Positions 42,555 through 57,044 are shown, counted from the stretch's first letter. The stretch: 64,000 bases of DNA from Lepidodermella squamata (GCA_047495785.1 JBLDXI010000038.1:844882-908881); one strand, 5' to 3'. Translations and numbers: made by a program. Notes: generated by a model not told the origin, from the letters alone.

Positions 42555-44558
42555 GCTGGTTCGTCCTGGCTGCTCCCTGTATTGGTCTCGAACAAGTGCC
42601 GGTCAGACTCGTACGGAGTAATAACACTCGTTTATTATGACGCTGGTGATATAATGCACACGCGCACACATCGTTCGTGTATTGTCTCGTTTAGTAATTT
42701 ACACTTAGTTGAACAATGCTTAAGGAATAAACGAAATGAGTTTCCATCACGGCAACGGCTAATCAATCAGTAAAATCTTTCTATTTCAAATCCATGGATC
42801 GTTTGCACGCGCTTTTCCTACCAAACTCGCCATATATCATGGAGCCAAATTGGTTTCCGTTATTTTAACCTAGACACATCTAACATGATTGAAAAAGCCG
42901 TATCCTAATCAATAAGAATCAGCGCATGTTGCAGTAAGTGCTAATGGAATAAGATTTGAGAAGGTTGATAAAAATGCTGCTCTTATTCCTGTTGAAACTG
43001 CTTTCTCCGATTTTTTAACGTTAGGCAACTGTATTAACCCGAGAACACTCGTGATTATGATCTCTGGTCTTGCGAGTTTTAGTCCATAGATGAGTGCTAA
43101 GTTCTGCCGTGTGTACGTCTTGAATATTAGCAAATGCACAGACTTGTTCTAGATGCCCGTGATTTCTGTTATAAAACCAGCCGATTTGCATCGGACTCGA
43201 AATGATGATTTCGCATGTCAGCTCTTTAGTGGTGAGAATTTAACCTTATTATTGGCATACCTATTTCTCGTGTCATCTAATACCTGGCCGAGACCACCGG
43301 TATCGACTGTCATCCATGTGCTATGGCTTGCAATTTGAAGATGAATAAAGTGTTGAAAACCTCTTTGTTATTGCTAATTCAGTCATCAGTTATCTAAAAC
43401 ATCACTTGCTGCGTAGCTGTTTCTATCTTTTCTTCGGCTACGGTCTCACTGGCTCATTTTTTGTTGTCTCCCTTTTCCGGTCTTGTGCTTGCTTGAACTC
43501 AACGCCATCTAAGATTTGATTCGATTTTACTTCTAAACAGCTTCACTTTAGAGTCCTTATGAATGATCAACAATCTCAATATACGTTATATACGTGATTA
43601 GCAGCCAACGATAATAGGAACTGTTCATCTGATCCATTATAAAATGTTAATTCAACTTCGATTCCTATTACGCAGAATGTGCGCGCGTGTGCTTGTGTTT
43701 CAATCTTCAATTATATCTATATCTGTATTAAATAGTAAGTGGTCCTGATAAAATTGATGGCGATGCTGAACAACATACACGGCCTTTTTTGTGTTAATTA
43801 TGGGACAAAGAGATTGTGGTTTCATTCTCGTTTGCAAGGCAGCAGCCGTTAACCAGAGAATTCGCTTCAACACGGGTTTCGTAATATCTGACATGACGGT
43901 ATTTCAGGTTCTCTGGTGTAACAGAGAATGACTGTCCGGAAAGTGTACAGTGGAAGATGAAGAAATGAAGAAGAGAGAGGCACAGCACTTGAAGCAAAGA
44001 ATTAAATTAAAGTATGTACGGATGATAATTTTTTTGCCTCGCATTTTTTTAATAACTCCGTAACCATAAGGAATTTTTTGGAGCGGGTTTCACCAGTACT
44101 TAATATTGTAAACTTTCGGAGAACGTTGAACCACATTTGATATTATAGCAAGTGACTTAAATTGACACAGCTTCGCTTCTTGCCAAGACAGGTAGGTTAT
44201 GAAGCGCTGGATAGTCTAGGTATGAACTGAGACTGTTAAATGCGGTGTCAAAATCAAGCAACCACTGTCGGTATCGAATTTATTAATGCTATTTAATGCT
44301 ATCGAAAAGCACTGGGAATGGAACTCAGAATGGCATATATTTGAACGCCATTGGAAGTTTTCAAAAATATTATAACGTTGCTGGGATATCGTGTAAACAT
44401 CAAGAATAGAGTTATCAATAGGTAGCTCCATTCTTTATGCGCGTAAGCAATAATAAATAATATCAAACGGGTCCAACGACCAACAGACCCGGAATGTTCC
44501 GTTTGTGCAACCTTTACCTATTGTTCCGACAAGGGTCGGTGGGGAGTTTTCTTTTAGG

Positions 44559-45142
44559 TAGAGCATTGCGCCCGAAATTCGGCCACTTATTGGGTTTTTT
44601 CCTACTTTGCCACCCAGGTGAATTTGTAGAAAATATTCGGCAAATACAGAATTATGGTGGAGTTCTTGGGACTATCGAATGACGGTTTCCGCAAGTCCGG
44701 ACGATTTTGCCTTGAATTATGGCTAATTTTCTAGACACTTAAGACTCCTGGAATTAGGGAACCGGATGACCTAATTTCGGCCACCTCATCCAGTTACACT
44801 ATTACCTTGAGTTTGATACTCGCCTCGGCAAGTTTAGTGTGGAAATCGCCTTTGTTGCTTTACCTGTGACCTGCCTATTCCTTGACGAAGTGATGCCTGA
44901 AACTCTGGCGTTTATGGTAACAAAGCACTCGAGAAGCGACATGAGACATCTTGCCCGCGTTTATAATTGTGTTGCGATCACGTGCTTGAAAAATCATGAA
45001 ACAGATTGGCTTGACAATGCAAAATTCTCGGGTTGTGTGCAATAAAAAACCATTAAAAACTGCTGCACAGCACTTAAGAGTCCGAATTTCAGCCGGTGGC
45101 CGAAGTTAGGTCGCAGCGACCGAAATTAGGGATTTCTGCTCT
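44559..45142. mobile_element. Degenerate MITE-like remnant
   Basis: Weak inverted ends YAGAGCA...CCC.AA.TTCGG and several TTCGGCCAC / GTGGCCGAA subrepeats. Confidence 0.4.
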
Positions 45143-46372
45143 GCTTGATCATCAATAAATTATGTTTTCTGTTTTCTGTTATTGAATAGAATCGCGGGCT
45201 AGCGCTAGCTCGCGCGGATCAGAAACCTGCTCTACTCAAACCACCAGAGAAAGAAAGGCAAAGCAAGGAAAGATAAAAGATTTTGCGGACGATTCAGCAT
45301 ATGCAGAGTTCGTTATAAACGAAGTTGGCAGCATGTTGAAGTTTGGCTCATCCCACTCAATTTTGTTCGTTATATTTAAGGTGCAGATAATTATCTTAAT
45401 TTTTAGAATAGACATGGGGAAACGGTTGAGTGGTAGTTATGAAATTGATGTCTTATTTCGTAAAGCAGCGTCTCTTGAATTCAAGAAGTCACTCGATTTA
45501 CCAATTGTGTGCTTTATTCGAATACATAATTAATGTTTTTATAACATGCATCACAACTATACGCTTCTATACGCAACATATTACTACTGTTTAATTAATA
45601 ATAATGCAATAATTCTACGAATTCGATTAATTAATAATATACGACTTTGAAGTTTTCTCGATTGCAAGCAGGCGTAGACAGACACATCAAAGCGAAACGT
45701 GGACAATGCAACTCGCAAAGGATCAGAGGACAGTAACGAACTTGAAAATGAAAATATATCATAGACCATCACAATGACTGTTAAGATGATGAAGCCATTC
45801 AACATACATTGCGGAAGGCAATGCAGGGAGACAGCGCGTCGGCTTACTGGACATTTGCCAGCATTATTGGCACCATTCAATTTATTCAGATATGAAGCGA
45901 AGTATGGATACGCAAAGTATGCTTTCCTTAGCAACCGGTAAATTCAGCAAAATTGGGTATCAAGTGGTATAAAAGAAGTAAAAAATCGCCGAATGTCTCA
46001 CGTTGTCCGGTGGCCGACAAAATGTCTAGGCATCGTAAGTTACTTAAAGTGGTCGATTCATAAGGCTTGCAGCGTGTGTAAGAATCAGAATGAGAGTAAC
46101 AAGTTATAATTTCTTTCATTGTAAGCTTGCGTAAAAAAGATAGTTATCACTTTGGGATGCTCAGCAATAAATCAAAACTAGCACTTCATATTGGAGAATA
46201 AGTACACAGCACACAGTTCAATGCATATTATGTCAGCAAAGGTTTTCAGCGTGTACAAAATTCTTTTGTAAATCTAATAGAAATCACCGTATTTGACATT
46301 AACAAATTTAAATATATATATATATAATATAATATGACTTCTGACTTACAGCATAAGATTTCATTAAAAATC

Positions 46373-46944
46373 ATAATTCGGATAATGATCATCACCTCAC
46401 GCAACTCATCGACTTCCGTTGCGGGTTGAAAAGAACGCAGCCGTAAAAGCCCGCGTTAACATTCATGAGCTCACAAGAGCCAATAAAGATTCATTGACAG
46501 TTAAACTACGGTTGCTAGCCAAAACAACCGATCCATCAAGCTCAAATTTCAGCATACCCACGCGCAACACATCTCGTGAGAGTTATGACGAATGAAGTGC
46601 ATAGTTTGATCAATTACAAAATTTACTGCTGAACTTTTTCTCTATATTATCATTGCTATAAGAAGAGTTTCAACTGCTTTCTTTTCGACTTATATATATG
46701 CTTATGCCTGTTTATTAGTGTTCGAAATATATCAACTTTGAAAGGTTGTGTGCGCGTGGGTATGCTGAAATTTGAGCTTGATGGATCGGTTGTTTTGGCT
46801 AGCAACCGTAGTTTAACTGTCAATGAATCTTTATTGGCTCTTGTGAGCTCATGAATGTTAACGCGGGCTTTTACGGCTGCGTTCTTTTCAACCCGCAACG
46901 GAAGTCGATGAGTTGCGTGAGGTGATGATCATTATCCGAATTAT
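46373..46944. repeat. 194-bp inverted duplication (46373-46566 / 46751-46944) downstream of the myosin stop
   Basis: Arms read as exact reverse complements; 184-bp spacer. Confidence 0.92.
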
Positions 46945-47105
46945 CCTTTGAACAAGACCAAAAGAAACAAAGATATATGGCAGCAGCGGCGAATAATTCA
47001 TAAAAGCATCTAGGAGAAGAAGCGCCCAAAATGAAAGCGAGCAATAAACAATGGCAATTTTTGTATGGAGTGAAGAACAGCCGTTTTAGACGCCAACGCA
47101 CTGCA

Positions 47106-50100
47106 TTATTTTCCGTTGTTACCATCATTCAATGAATGAGCACTGCCGTCCTCGGAACTTGAGTCGTTGCCACCGGCCGGCGCAGAAGCACCTACTGAGC
47201 TGGAACTGTTCAACGAGGGAGTCACCATTGACGGCCGCATTGAAGCTGAAGAAGGTGCGATCGACCGCCCGCCAATCAAAGTGCTGCCAACTCTGAGTTA
47301 AAGTAAAAAAGCAACATCATCCAACTTGACCATCATTAAAGAAATCAGCAAAACTGAGCGTTAGCCAATTAAGCCTTTATTGTCGGTCAGCTATGAAGAC
47401 CGAATAATCACCTCGAAAGCATTAAAGGGGTCTAGTCAATATCGACGTGGGAAAGCTATCGCAGTTTCAAACACGCTCATTCAACTAAATTGCGATAACG
47501 CGCTTTCCAAATAGTAATTATTTAGGTATTATCTTGTTGAAACGCAAAAAACCGAGATGAGCAACTCATAGGCTGAAAAGATGCAGGATAAGTCTTAGTG
47601 TTTTAAAGGCAATGTCTGGGTAAGAATAAAACATTTTCCGACGAAAAACATTGAAAAAACGAAAACTCGGCGGGGAAGCGATGACGACCGCTACGCCATT
47701 AACTAGGGGCGTGTCGATCACGATCGCGCGGCAGCACAAGAAGATTGGTTAGTAGAGCCATGTAAAAAGCGATCTAGTCATTCACGCATCTAGGTCATAA
47801 CAGTCAATTTGAAAGGGCCAGGAAACATACGCGGAGGACGACGAGGAAGCTGGTGGAGGCGACGCGCTTCCGCCCCCGCCACCCAATTCGGTGAGCAACT
47901 CAACGTGCCTATGCGCAAATATGCCGATAAGATTATATCAGTTGATATTATTGTTCATCCTAACAAAGCGTTAGGAAATTTGTCACAGAGAATCGCGGCA
48001 ACGGCATATTACGAATCGCATTTAGGTATCTCACGGGGCTGCTGGTTTTCGATATTCTCTAAATAAAACAATTCACAGAGGTCAACTCACTTTTTTCGAA
48101 GAGTCTGGAGTTCGCGTTCAAGCGCTTCTTTCTGCTCCTGAGCTTCCTCGGCATCACGCTGTGCCTTGCGTTTTTGCTGTTGCAACTTCTCGAGCTTTTC
48201 TTCCGACTCTTCGGCCTCTTTCTTCATTTGGCGAATCCGCTGTTGAGCCTTCTCGGCGGCATCTCGATATTGCTCGGCACCACGGCGTTCCTCTTCTACG
48301 GAGGCTTGCAACTCACGCATACGCCTATCAGCCTTACGCAAGCTCTTTGTCGCCACTTGCCGTTCACGCTGCTCTTTACCGAGTTGCTCCTCTAACGAGG
48401 CAATCTTGGCCTCCAATGCAGCGATGCCACTCTTGTTGCGATTCGGCGATCGAAGCTGCTCTTCTGCTTCGGCAAGTTTGTTGCGAAGCTCGCGAGATTG
48501 ACGCTCGGCACTGTGAAGCACCGCCTCCAATCGTTGGGTGTTCGAACGCTCGGTGGACAAATCAGCCTGGAGTAGGTCAGCAGAAGCCTGAGCTTTCTTC
48601 GCCCGCTCGTTTGCCGACTCTGTGTTGGCCCGTTCTTCTTCAAGTTCGTCCTCGAGTTCGTGCAGACGGGCATCAATTCGCCGTTTATCTTCCAACAAAG
48701 CAGCTTTAGCAGCGCTTGCAGCCGTAAGTTCGTCGCTCAATTCCCGAGCTTCTTTTTCAGCCTGACGCCGAGCACGCTCAGAGGCAGCCAATTCTTCACC
48801 AAGACGAGTCGCAGCTGCTTCAGCGCCTCGCAAACGTTCTTGAACGTCACGAGCAGCCTGACCACCAGATTCCTTCAAAGCACGCAGCTCCGCGAGCTCG
48901 CGCTCTTGCTCCTTCATCGACTGCTGGATCTTGCGCAATTGCTTGCCCAACTCTTCTTTGGCACGTGATGCTGATTCCAGAGCAACCTCGGCGTCCTTGA
49001 GGTCTGACTCGGCTTTTTTCTTGGCAGCGACTGCAAGGCCACGCTGTTTACGCTCCTCCTCCAGCTCGGTCTCCATCTGTTGAATTTGGCGCATGAGCGC
49101 ACGGCGTCGCTCTTCGGCCTCTTCGTCCTTTGCCGACAATTCTCTCTCGTATTTATCCTTCAGCGCCTGCATGTTGACTTCTAAGCGCAGCCTCTCATCC
49201 TCAGCAACTTGTAACTCATCTTCGAGCTCGATTACTTTCTGCTTTTCCTCTTCAAGCTCAGCAACCATAGCCCGTCGAGCCGTCTCAAGCTCAGCTGCTG
49301 AGCGACCGGCGTCGTCTTTTGCTGACATTACAGCATCAAACTCTTTTTGAAGCAAATTAAGCGCACGCTCACGCTCCTCGCCGTTCGCTCGCAATTCATC
49401 GAGCTCTCTTTGCAAGGATAAAATTCGCGATTCACGTTCCCGACATTCTCTTTCGGCGTTGTCACGTTCGGCCGTCAAACGCTCCGCAATGACTCGCTTT
49501 TCTTCAAGCAATTGATCGAACTTCTTCTGCTTCTTATCGAGCTGCGATGTAGCGTTGCGTTGGTTCTCCAATGCGACAGTAGCATCTTCGAGTTCCGAAG
49601 CCAGCTGGCGCCGAGCACGCTCGAGTTTTTCATTAGCCGACGCCAGCTGATCGACACGAACCTGCAGAGTTTCGCATTCTTTTGCAGTGCGACGACGGTC
49701 TTCAGCAGCCTGCTCAGCAGCAGCATGTCTCTCATCGGCACGGCGCTTAGCTTCGGCCAACTGCAAGTTCAAATTAGCCAGTTGCTTTTGCAGAGATTCG
49801 ATTTCAGCCTCAAGTTCATCAACACGCTCTTTCTGGTCATCGCGCTCCTGTTCGATAGCGCGTAACGAGGCAACCAGTTGCTGCCGACCGCGAGCCTCCT
49901 CCTGAGCAGCCGCCAATTGGGTTTCTAGCGATGAGGCTTTGCCTGCCGATTGGGTGGCTCGACGCTCCGTTTCTTCCAGCAGGCGTTGCAAACGCTCGAG
50001 TTCAGTATTGGTGCGTTGTTTTTGCTCGACAGCGTCCTTTAATGTGCGTTCCGCTTCTGAGAGGCGATGACTCAGCTCCGCAACGCTGGTTTCAGCCGTC

Positions 50101-53100
50101 TTACGGCGCTTTTCAGCTTCTTGGCGACTCGTCGTAAGTTGCTTCAATTCAGCAGCCATGTCAGCAGCTTCGGCTTCCAGAGTGGTTTTTGCCTTGTTAG
50201 CGGCAGCGAGCATGCGACGAGCGTTCTCGAGTTCCGCCGACAAATGTTCGGCCGCTTGCGAGTGTTTCGCACGCAGATCTTGCACCTGCTGCTCAGCACG
50301 GCGCGTTGCTGCCTCAAGTTCATTGCGCAGTTGCTGCAATTCACTCTCCCGTTTCTGCAACATTTCCTGGCCCATGGCACGGTTGTCGGTCGTTTCGATA
50401 ATCTCGAGCCGCAGAGCTTCCAACTCTTCGTTAAGATCACGCCGCTGTTTCTCGGCTTTATCGCGAGCCTCCCGTTCAACATCCAGATCTTCCTGTGCCT
50501 CCTGGAGCTGAAGCTCTAAATCACGCAGGCGTTTGGCAAGCGCCGCTTTCTCGCTGAGCTCGTCTTCGATGCGCTGCTGAGCGTTGCGTAATTCCGTCTC
50601 TCGAGACTGCAACAGATTATGTGATTCATCGGCAGCCGATTTGCGATCTGCAAGCTGATCTCGAAGGTCAGCCAGTTCGCCTTCGAGACGGCGGCGAGCC
50701 TTCTCGGTTTCACCGCGAGCCTGCTGCTCTTGAGCAATGCGAGCCTCCAGTTCACGAATTGTCTGTTCATATTTCGTTTTCAACTTGTTGAGCGACTTGC
50801 CTCGGTCCTCTTCTTCAGTGAGCTGCGTGGCTAGCTCTGAGAGCCGGTCTTCGAGGGCCTTTCGCTCGCGAGTGACACGACCAGCAGTATCTTGGGATGC
50901 TGCTAGGTCTTGCTCAAGTTGTCGGCATCTCTGTTCGGCGGCAGCTTTTTCAAGCTCGGTCTTCTGACGAGCTCGTTCCTGTTCTTCAAGCTCTGCTTCA
51001 AGGTCTTGGATATTCTGTTGCAGACGCTTGCGATCAGCAGCCATTTGTTGACTAGCAGCCTCTTCATCGGCAGCACGAGTTTCAGCTTCGTGCAGAAGTT
51101 CTTCCAGTTCCTGCTTTCGAGCAGTTAAACGAGCGCGCGCCTCTTCAGCTTCGGCACACAACTCCTGCTCAGCGTGAAGCTGATCGCTCAGCTGTTGTCG
51201 CTCCTCACACGTGCTAAGGAAGCGTCGTTGGACCTCTTCAGCTTCAACGCGGAGCCGCTCGAGTTCGGCTTTGACGCGCTTGAGCTCTTCCTCCTTAACA
51301 GCCAGCTTTTCTTCTTGATTAGCAACCGGTAGGAGAGGCTTAACTTTCGTAAACAAGCGCCACCAGGTCCAATTGCGAAGCTTCAAGTAAGCAGCGCCGT
51401 TGCGTTGAATGATGCGAACAGCATTGAGTTGTTGTAAACGCCTTTGGTGCTGCCGACGAGCCAGGCTGGCACGTGAAAGGGCTTGAAAGCGTACCATCAA
51501 AGTCGTCAGTTTTGTGTCACGCTCAGCTTCCAGGGATGCCAAGACACCAGCGCGCAGGAAAATTTTAGACTGGCCGATGCGATATAACTGCTCGCTCAAG
51601 TCGAGCGCCTCCATCATCTTCTCGCACGCCTTTTTCGAGTCCATGAAACCCTTCGGAATCGCATCGGGTGTAAGAATTTCGTATCGCTGTTTGAACTCCT
51701 GGAATAGGATGCGGTTAGGAAAGCCTTGGCGACAGATGCGGATGCCCTCGAGAACTCCGTTACACCGCAGCTGATCAAGCACCAGGTGAGCGTCTATGCG
51801 CCGGGGTTTTTTCTCCCGATTTGGTACGATACAGCGGACGAAGTGGGGGCTTGTATGGCCGAGGGTATCCATGAGCTTTTGCAACTGTTCTTTGTAAGTT
51901 TGCCCGACGGTACGAAACATGCCTTTGCGAACACGACCAGCGCTAACATCGGGGACCGCAGAGCCAGGTCCTGCAGCGGCCTGCATTGTACCAAGGCCAA
52001 CTATTTCAGCGTCTTTCCAAAGTCCGGCAACAAGAGGATCGGTCGAGGCTTGCAAAAGCGATACAACGTTTTCGTTGAGCGGGTCCATGTTCTTAATAAG
52101 CCAGTCAGCGGCAGTGTACTCGACTTTGGCAGCATAATGCACGATTATGAAATCGGTGTTAGCGCGCATGTCGGGCTTGGAAAACTTCGGATGGCCGGTG
52201 TGAGTTGCAAATAGCTTTTCGACGAAAGTGCGATCAGTGGCCTTGGGGAAGAAACACTGATCGTCGAGAAGAGCCAACACACCCATAGGCTAAAGTCAAA
52301 AAATAATTGAATGGTGTCATCTGAATCACGTACAAATAAATTACCTTGTCAATAAGGTCGATAGTAGGCTGCAAATCCAGGCCGAAATCGATGAAATTCC
52401 ACTCAATGCCTTCCCGCTTGTATTCCTCCTGCTCTAGGATGAACATGGTGTGATTAAACAGCTGCTGCAGACGCTCATTTGTGTAATTGATGCACAATTG
52501 CTCGAATGAATTGGTTTCGAAAATTTCGAACCCAGCAATATCGAGAATTCCGATGAAGGCATGACCCGCACGCATTGTGGCGCGGTGCAATGATTTATTG
52601 ATGCGTTGCACAAGCCATCTAAATAGACGATCGTAGATCGCCTTTGAAATGGCTTCACACGTGAATTCCGCTTGTTCTTTGGTTTGTGATCGCGTCACTG
52701 TGTCACGGCCCACTTTGATACGCGGCTTCAAAAACGCCTGCGTTAACTGGGTGACCGGCATGCCCAACAAATGGCATGCTTTTTGAGCAGCGGTGTTATC
52801 TGGCAAAGTCGCTTGATCAGAATTTTTCTCTTGGTTGAATTTCATATTGCCGAGTTGTAGTACAGCTGAGACTACTTTCAGGATCGAAAGCTGCTCGTCG
52901 GTCGATATGCCCATAACGTCCATGGAAGCTAGTGTTTCCGACAAGGGTTGGGAATCGTCAATATCGGGTACCGAGACAAATCCATTCGTCAAAAAGCGGT
53001 ATTGGTCAGCAGACTCAAGCAACAAAGCGGAACGCTGCTCAGGTGAAGCGCCCGACATCAGCTGGTAGAAAATGTGGAAAGAGCGCTCTGACTGAGCTTG

Positions 53101-56100
53101 GCGAATGGCTCGGGACTTCTCCAGCAAGTATGTCTCAAGGTCAGCTCCGGAAATGAAGCCCGAATTGCTGTCGAACATGATGCGGATAAATTTGCCAAAT
53201 CTAGAGGAATTGTCGTTTTTAACGGTTTTAGCGTTTCCGAACGACTCGAGAATCGGATTGGCTTGAAGAAGTTGATGCTCCAATTCACCCTATAAAATTA
53301 ATGACAAACCTTTAATACTGAGAATTCTATCATGTATGAATCTTGCGAGCATCATATAATGTGCGAAAAAAGCAGAAATGATGGTTTGCTGTTGGAATTT
53401 ATCTTCCAAAGCAGCTGTTAAAGTGCACAGAAGCGTTCAAATACTACCGTGGTTAAAGAGTGATAGAATCTATTTGGCTTCGGTGAAGCAACTTACCACA
53501 TGATGACGCGAGAGGTGCTAAAAATCGAAGCCAATTAGTCAATTAAGCAAAGCTGAAAACATAATTTAATAGCCAAACATGCTTATAAACTCTTAGCAAT
53601 GAAAATTCTTCGCAGCTGCGAGAGACAATTATTTTTGTAATTGACTTTCACGAAATTAAAAATGACATTCTCTTTTGCAAATTGAATCCCATTGAGTTGA
53701 ACGTATACCGAATAGAAAGAGCTATCCTTTAGAGGGTATGCTTTCGGTCACATAATTTTTTATTTGATAATTTTGCACAATTTATGTTCACCTGAGGCTA
53801 ACTTATTGGTAGTAGGAAAACAGGGAGATTTCGCCAAATTTCCGAACCGAATTTTTTCCCTATATTCATCGCCATAGCAAAGTCTGAAACTGGCGTCAAT
53901 TCAATAAGTGTACCATTTTGTTCTCGCTGCTGAGACAATTTTGAATTCTAGTGAACCACTCAAAGCAACTCAGCTAACACTTGCTAAGAAAGCCACACTT
54001 TGATAAGCATTCTATGGAATACTGCTAATCCGAAACTAAAATCAGCAACAACGCCGCTGAAAATCTGTATCATGCCAACTTACAGCTGACAATGATGGTT
54101 GCGCCATACTCGATTTCCTTGGCTAAAATATTTGGCAATGCCCATTATTAGTTGTCTTATCATTTTCATTCTCTCATTTCTTCAGTTAGACACTTTTTCA
54201 AGCTGGCAGGTAGCAACTCCTGATAACTTACCACTAGCTGTTCCTTTGCAGCATTGGCAATACCGCCAGACTGTGCTCCTGAGGTGGCAGCGCTGGTCGG
54301 AGTGCCGGGTGCGGTGCCGCCGGCAGAAGATGGTCCTCGCGCTAGCGGTTGCTGACGATGAGAGGCGGCGACATGAGCCAGGTACTGTATGACTTTCTTC
54401 GTGTTTTCCGTTTTGCCAGCGCCAGACTCACCGGTGCAAAGAATCGACTGGTCTTCGCGGTTCTGAAGCATGGCTCGATAAGCGGAGTCAGCAACAGCAA
54501 AAATGTGGGGCGGAACTTCATGGCGTTTCTTGCCCTTGTATGACTCGACGATTTTGTCAGTGTAAATTGGCAGGCGAGCGTAAGGATTCACAACCGCGCA
54601 AAACAGTCCGGAATATGTCTGCGATTAGGTAAAAAGATGGACGCATTAATGTCAAGTTTTTCAATCATTTCTCTTTGTCAATTATTTCGCAGGCCGGCGT
54701 GCTTGAGAAGCGCACGTCTGCAAACACTTGTTGTGTCAACGACACACGTACGCGCAACTGTACATGACGCGCATACTCCACTTGACAGTATCAAGTTCAC
54801 ATTACATTATTCTTTACGGCAGCGACGGAAAATGCGAGAGCATCCGGTGCAGGGAGCAACGAGATTCATCTTGACCGCAGCAGTGCAAACAACTCTTTGC
54901 CTTTACTTCCGTGAACACGGTTCTAACAGCTCCTAAAAAGACATAATAGCGCTGCTCGAGCAAATACCCAAAGGGTGTAATTGAGCGCAAATAAACGCAG
55001 GAAACCAAGCAGCTAAATACAACTAGTATCTTATTGATAATATACATTGCGCTGGCATGAGAATGGAACTTTGAATAACGAACGCACACTCGTTGGTGCC
55101 AATCGCAAAAACAACACTAGGAAGCGCGAATAAATGCTGGCACAGTTATCCCGAGAAAACGAAGAATTTACTAGTAAGACCATGTTGGATAGCGCAGCAC
55201 GGCTAAACAATTATGCCCACAAGGATAACAATAGCAAAATAACGGCTCGAACATTGCGAATGCGATTAGTTCAACCGCAAAAATCCGATTATTAATATAC
55301 CCAAAGCGCCGACCTGTACTCAAAATGAGGCTACGCATCCACTCATTTTCGCTAATCATAACAAAGATAAACATTCAAAATAAGCACCAATGCAAAATTG
55401 TTTCTCAATTGTTTCGACTGTCTTTGCAAGGTATCGAGGCGGGGAACTAGCTTATTAATAACTCGCTTAGCGCTTTATTTCTTTATCATTTTATTCGTCA
55501 TTATCATCGCAAAGATCAACAACAGCATTAAGCATCTATTGTTCGCGGCAACTTTCGGGGAAACTACCGAACTAAACGTGGCGAATGGACAGAATAGCTT
55601 GGTCATTTTGCCTCGTAAATAGAACCACCGTCACAAAATAACGCACGGTGATGGCGAGTGCGCTAGCGTCTTGGCCGGCGGTGACAAATAGCCAGCCCGA
55701 CAGGCGAGCGAGTTACCGAGCCGTTAATGCTATTTAGGGCTACCGCATTCGGGCGGTTCTACCTATGCCGCAGCATCACGAGCGGCGCTTCAAGACACCC
55801 CGACAGACATTGCACGCATTGTTTTACTTGGTACTTGATGCCGGGGCGCAATGGCTCTTTAGTTAACGCAGGATAATAAATATAATGTGTGGTAGATAAG
55901 TTACGTGTCCCGGAATGATAAATAGTCATTGGTTGTTCGTGTATATTAGCATGCGAAAATACACATACAAGCTGTATGTATTACAACGTAGGATCGCAGC
56001 AGCAATATAACTATGCCAGTGCATTACGCAGGGCCGTGGCGGTATCACTACACAGAACTCAACACTGCCTTATCCATCTTAGCGCGTCTTTTTAATAGCG

Positions 56101-57044
56101 CTAAACTACAACAAACTCGCTCCAGCAAAACCAAGCTTGCTGCTTTTCACATAAATGATTGCCATTGCTAACACCCATTTTTATTTCGCCAAGACCGCGG
56201 CAGAAGCAGACATCTCGCTGTAATGATTGCAGCAAAGCGCGGTTTTTCCAGAGCACCTGATAATCAATACTCAATTGCATCGGGAGTGACTAGTCTTTTG
56301 CGATGAGACATTCAGCGGCGATGAGTAAGCCGTTAATACAAAAATAAACAACACGTCTGGCGAGAAAAACGCACGTGAAGCGTCACGTTCGCAAAACACA
56401 TTCACAATAAAAATATTTCATCTGCAAAAAATAACCAAGTTATGACCGAAAAATAAACGTACGTAGATCAAATCTGAGAAATAGCGATCCTTGATGTTGT
56501 GCAAGACGGATGCGTCATTGAGGCAGGTCAAGTCAGCCATGTCCTCAACTTTCGTAAATTTGGGTGGGTTCATTTTTTGCACCTCTGATTTCGCAACACG
56601 GTAGGATTTGCCAGTCTCGACGGATTCCACGACATATTCTTCGCCAACTAGATGAAAAATCAAGCTCCATTGTGAACCACAAGAAATAAACTTCTGAAAT
56701 GTATTACCATCTTCGCGAATACTCGCTGCGACGAATCCTTGTGAGTCATGAGGGACCCACACCAACTTTTTCGCGGTCCATGCAGCCTGAGCTGCCGGGT
56801 CATTTACCAAGCTGGTATGATTGTCGGCGCGCAGGCATCGCATGGAAGCAGCCAGATCATCATCGGCGGTATTAGCACTCGCGCTCACAGGCGTTTGTGG
56901 TGGAGGTGCTGCCACCGCTGTTGGCACCGGTGCTTTGGAAATAGCAGCATTCGGAGTTCCTCCAATGGGCTTGTTCAATGTTGAACTTGGGGGTTTCGGC
57001 ACGGCAGCCCCATTTTGTGTTTTGTTCACCAAGGATGGCCTCAT
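47106..57044 (-). CDS. MYH10: Non-muscle myosin II heavy chain (zipper/MYH9-10 class)
   Basis: LVWVP SH3-like region; [13 protein letters not shown]; [17 protein letters not shown]; [11 protein letters not shown]; DIAGFEIF; [22 protein letters not shown]; [12 protein letters not shown]; long heptad rod; Ser-rich tailpiece exon ending 47106. Confidence 0.97.

Noticed and set aside
42909-43997. Possible small secreted orphan gene on the minus strand
   Set aside because: Hydrophobic stretch present, but no consistent start or exon chain could be built
48161-53295. Many plus-strand and alternative-frame ORFs
   Set aside because: Shadows of the myosin coding sequence
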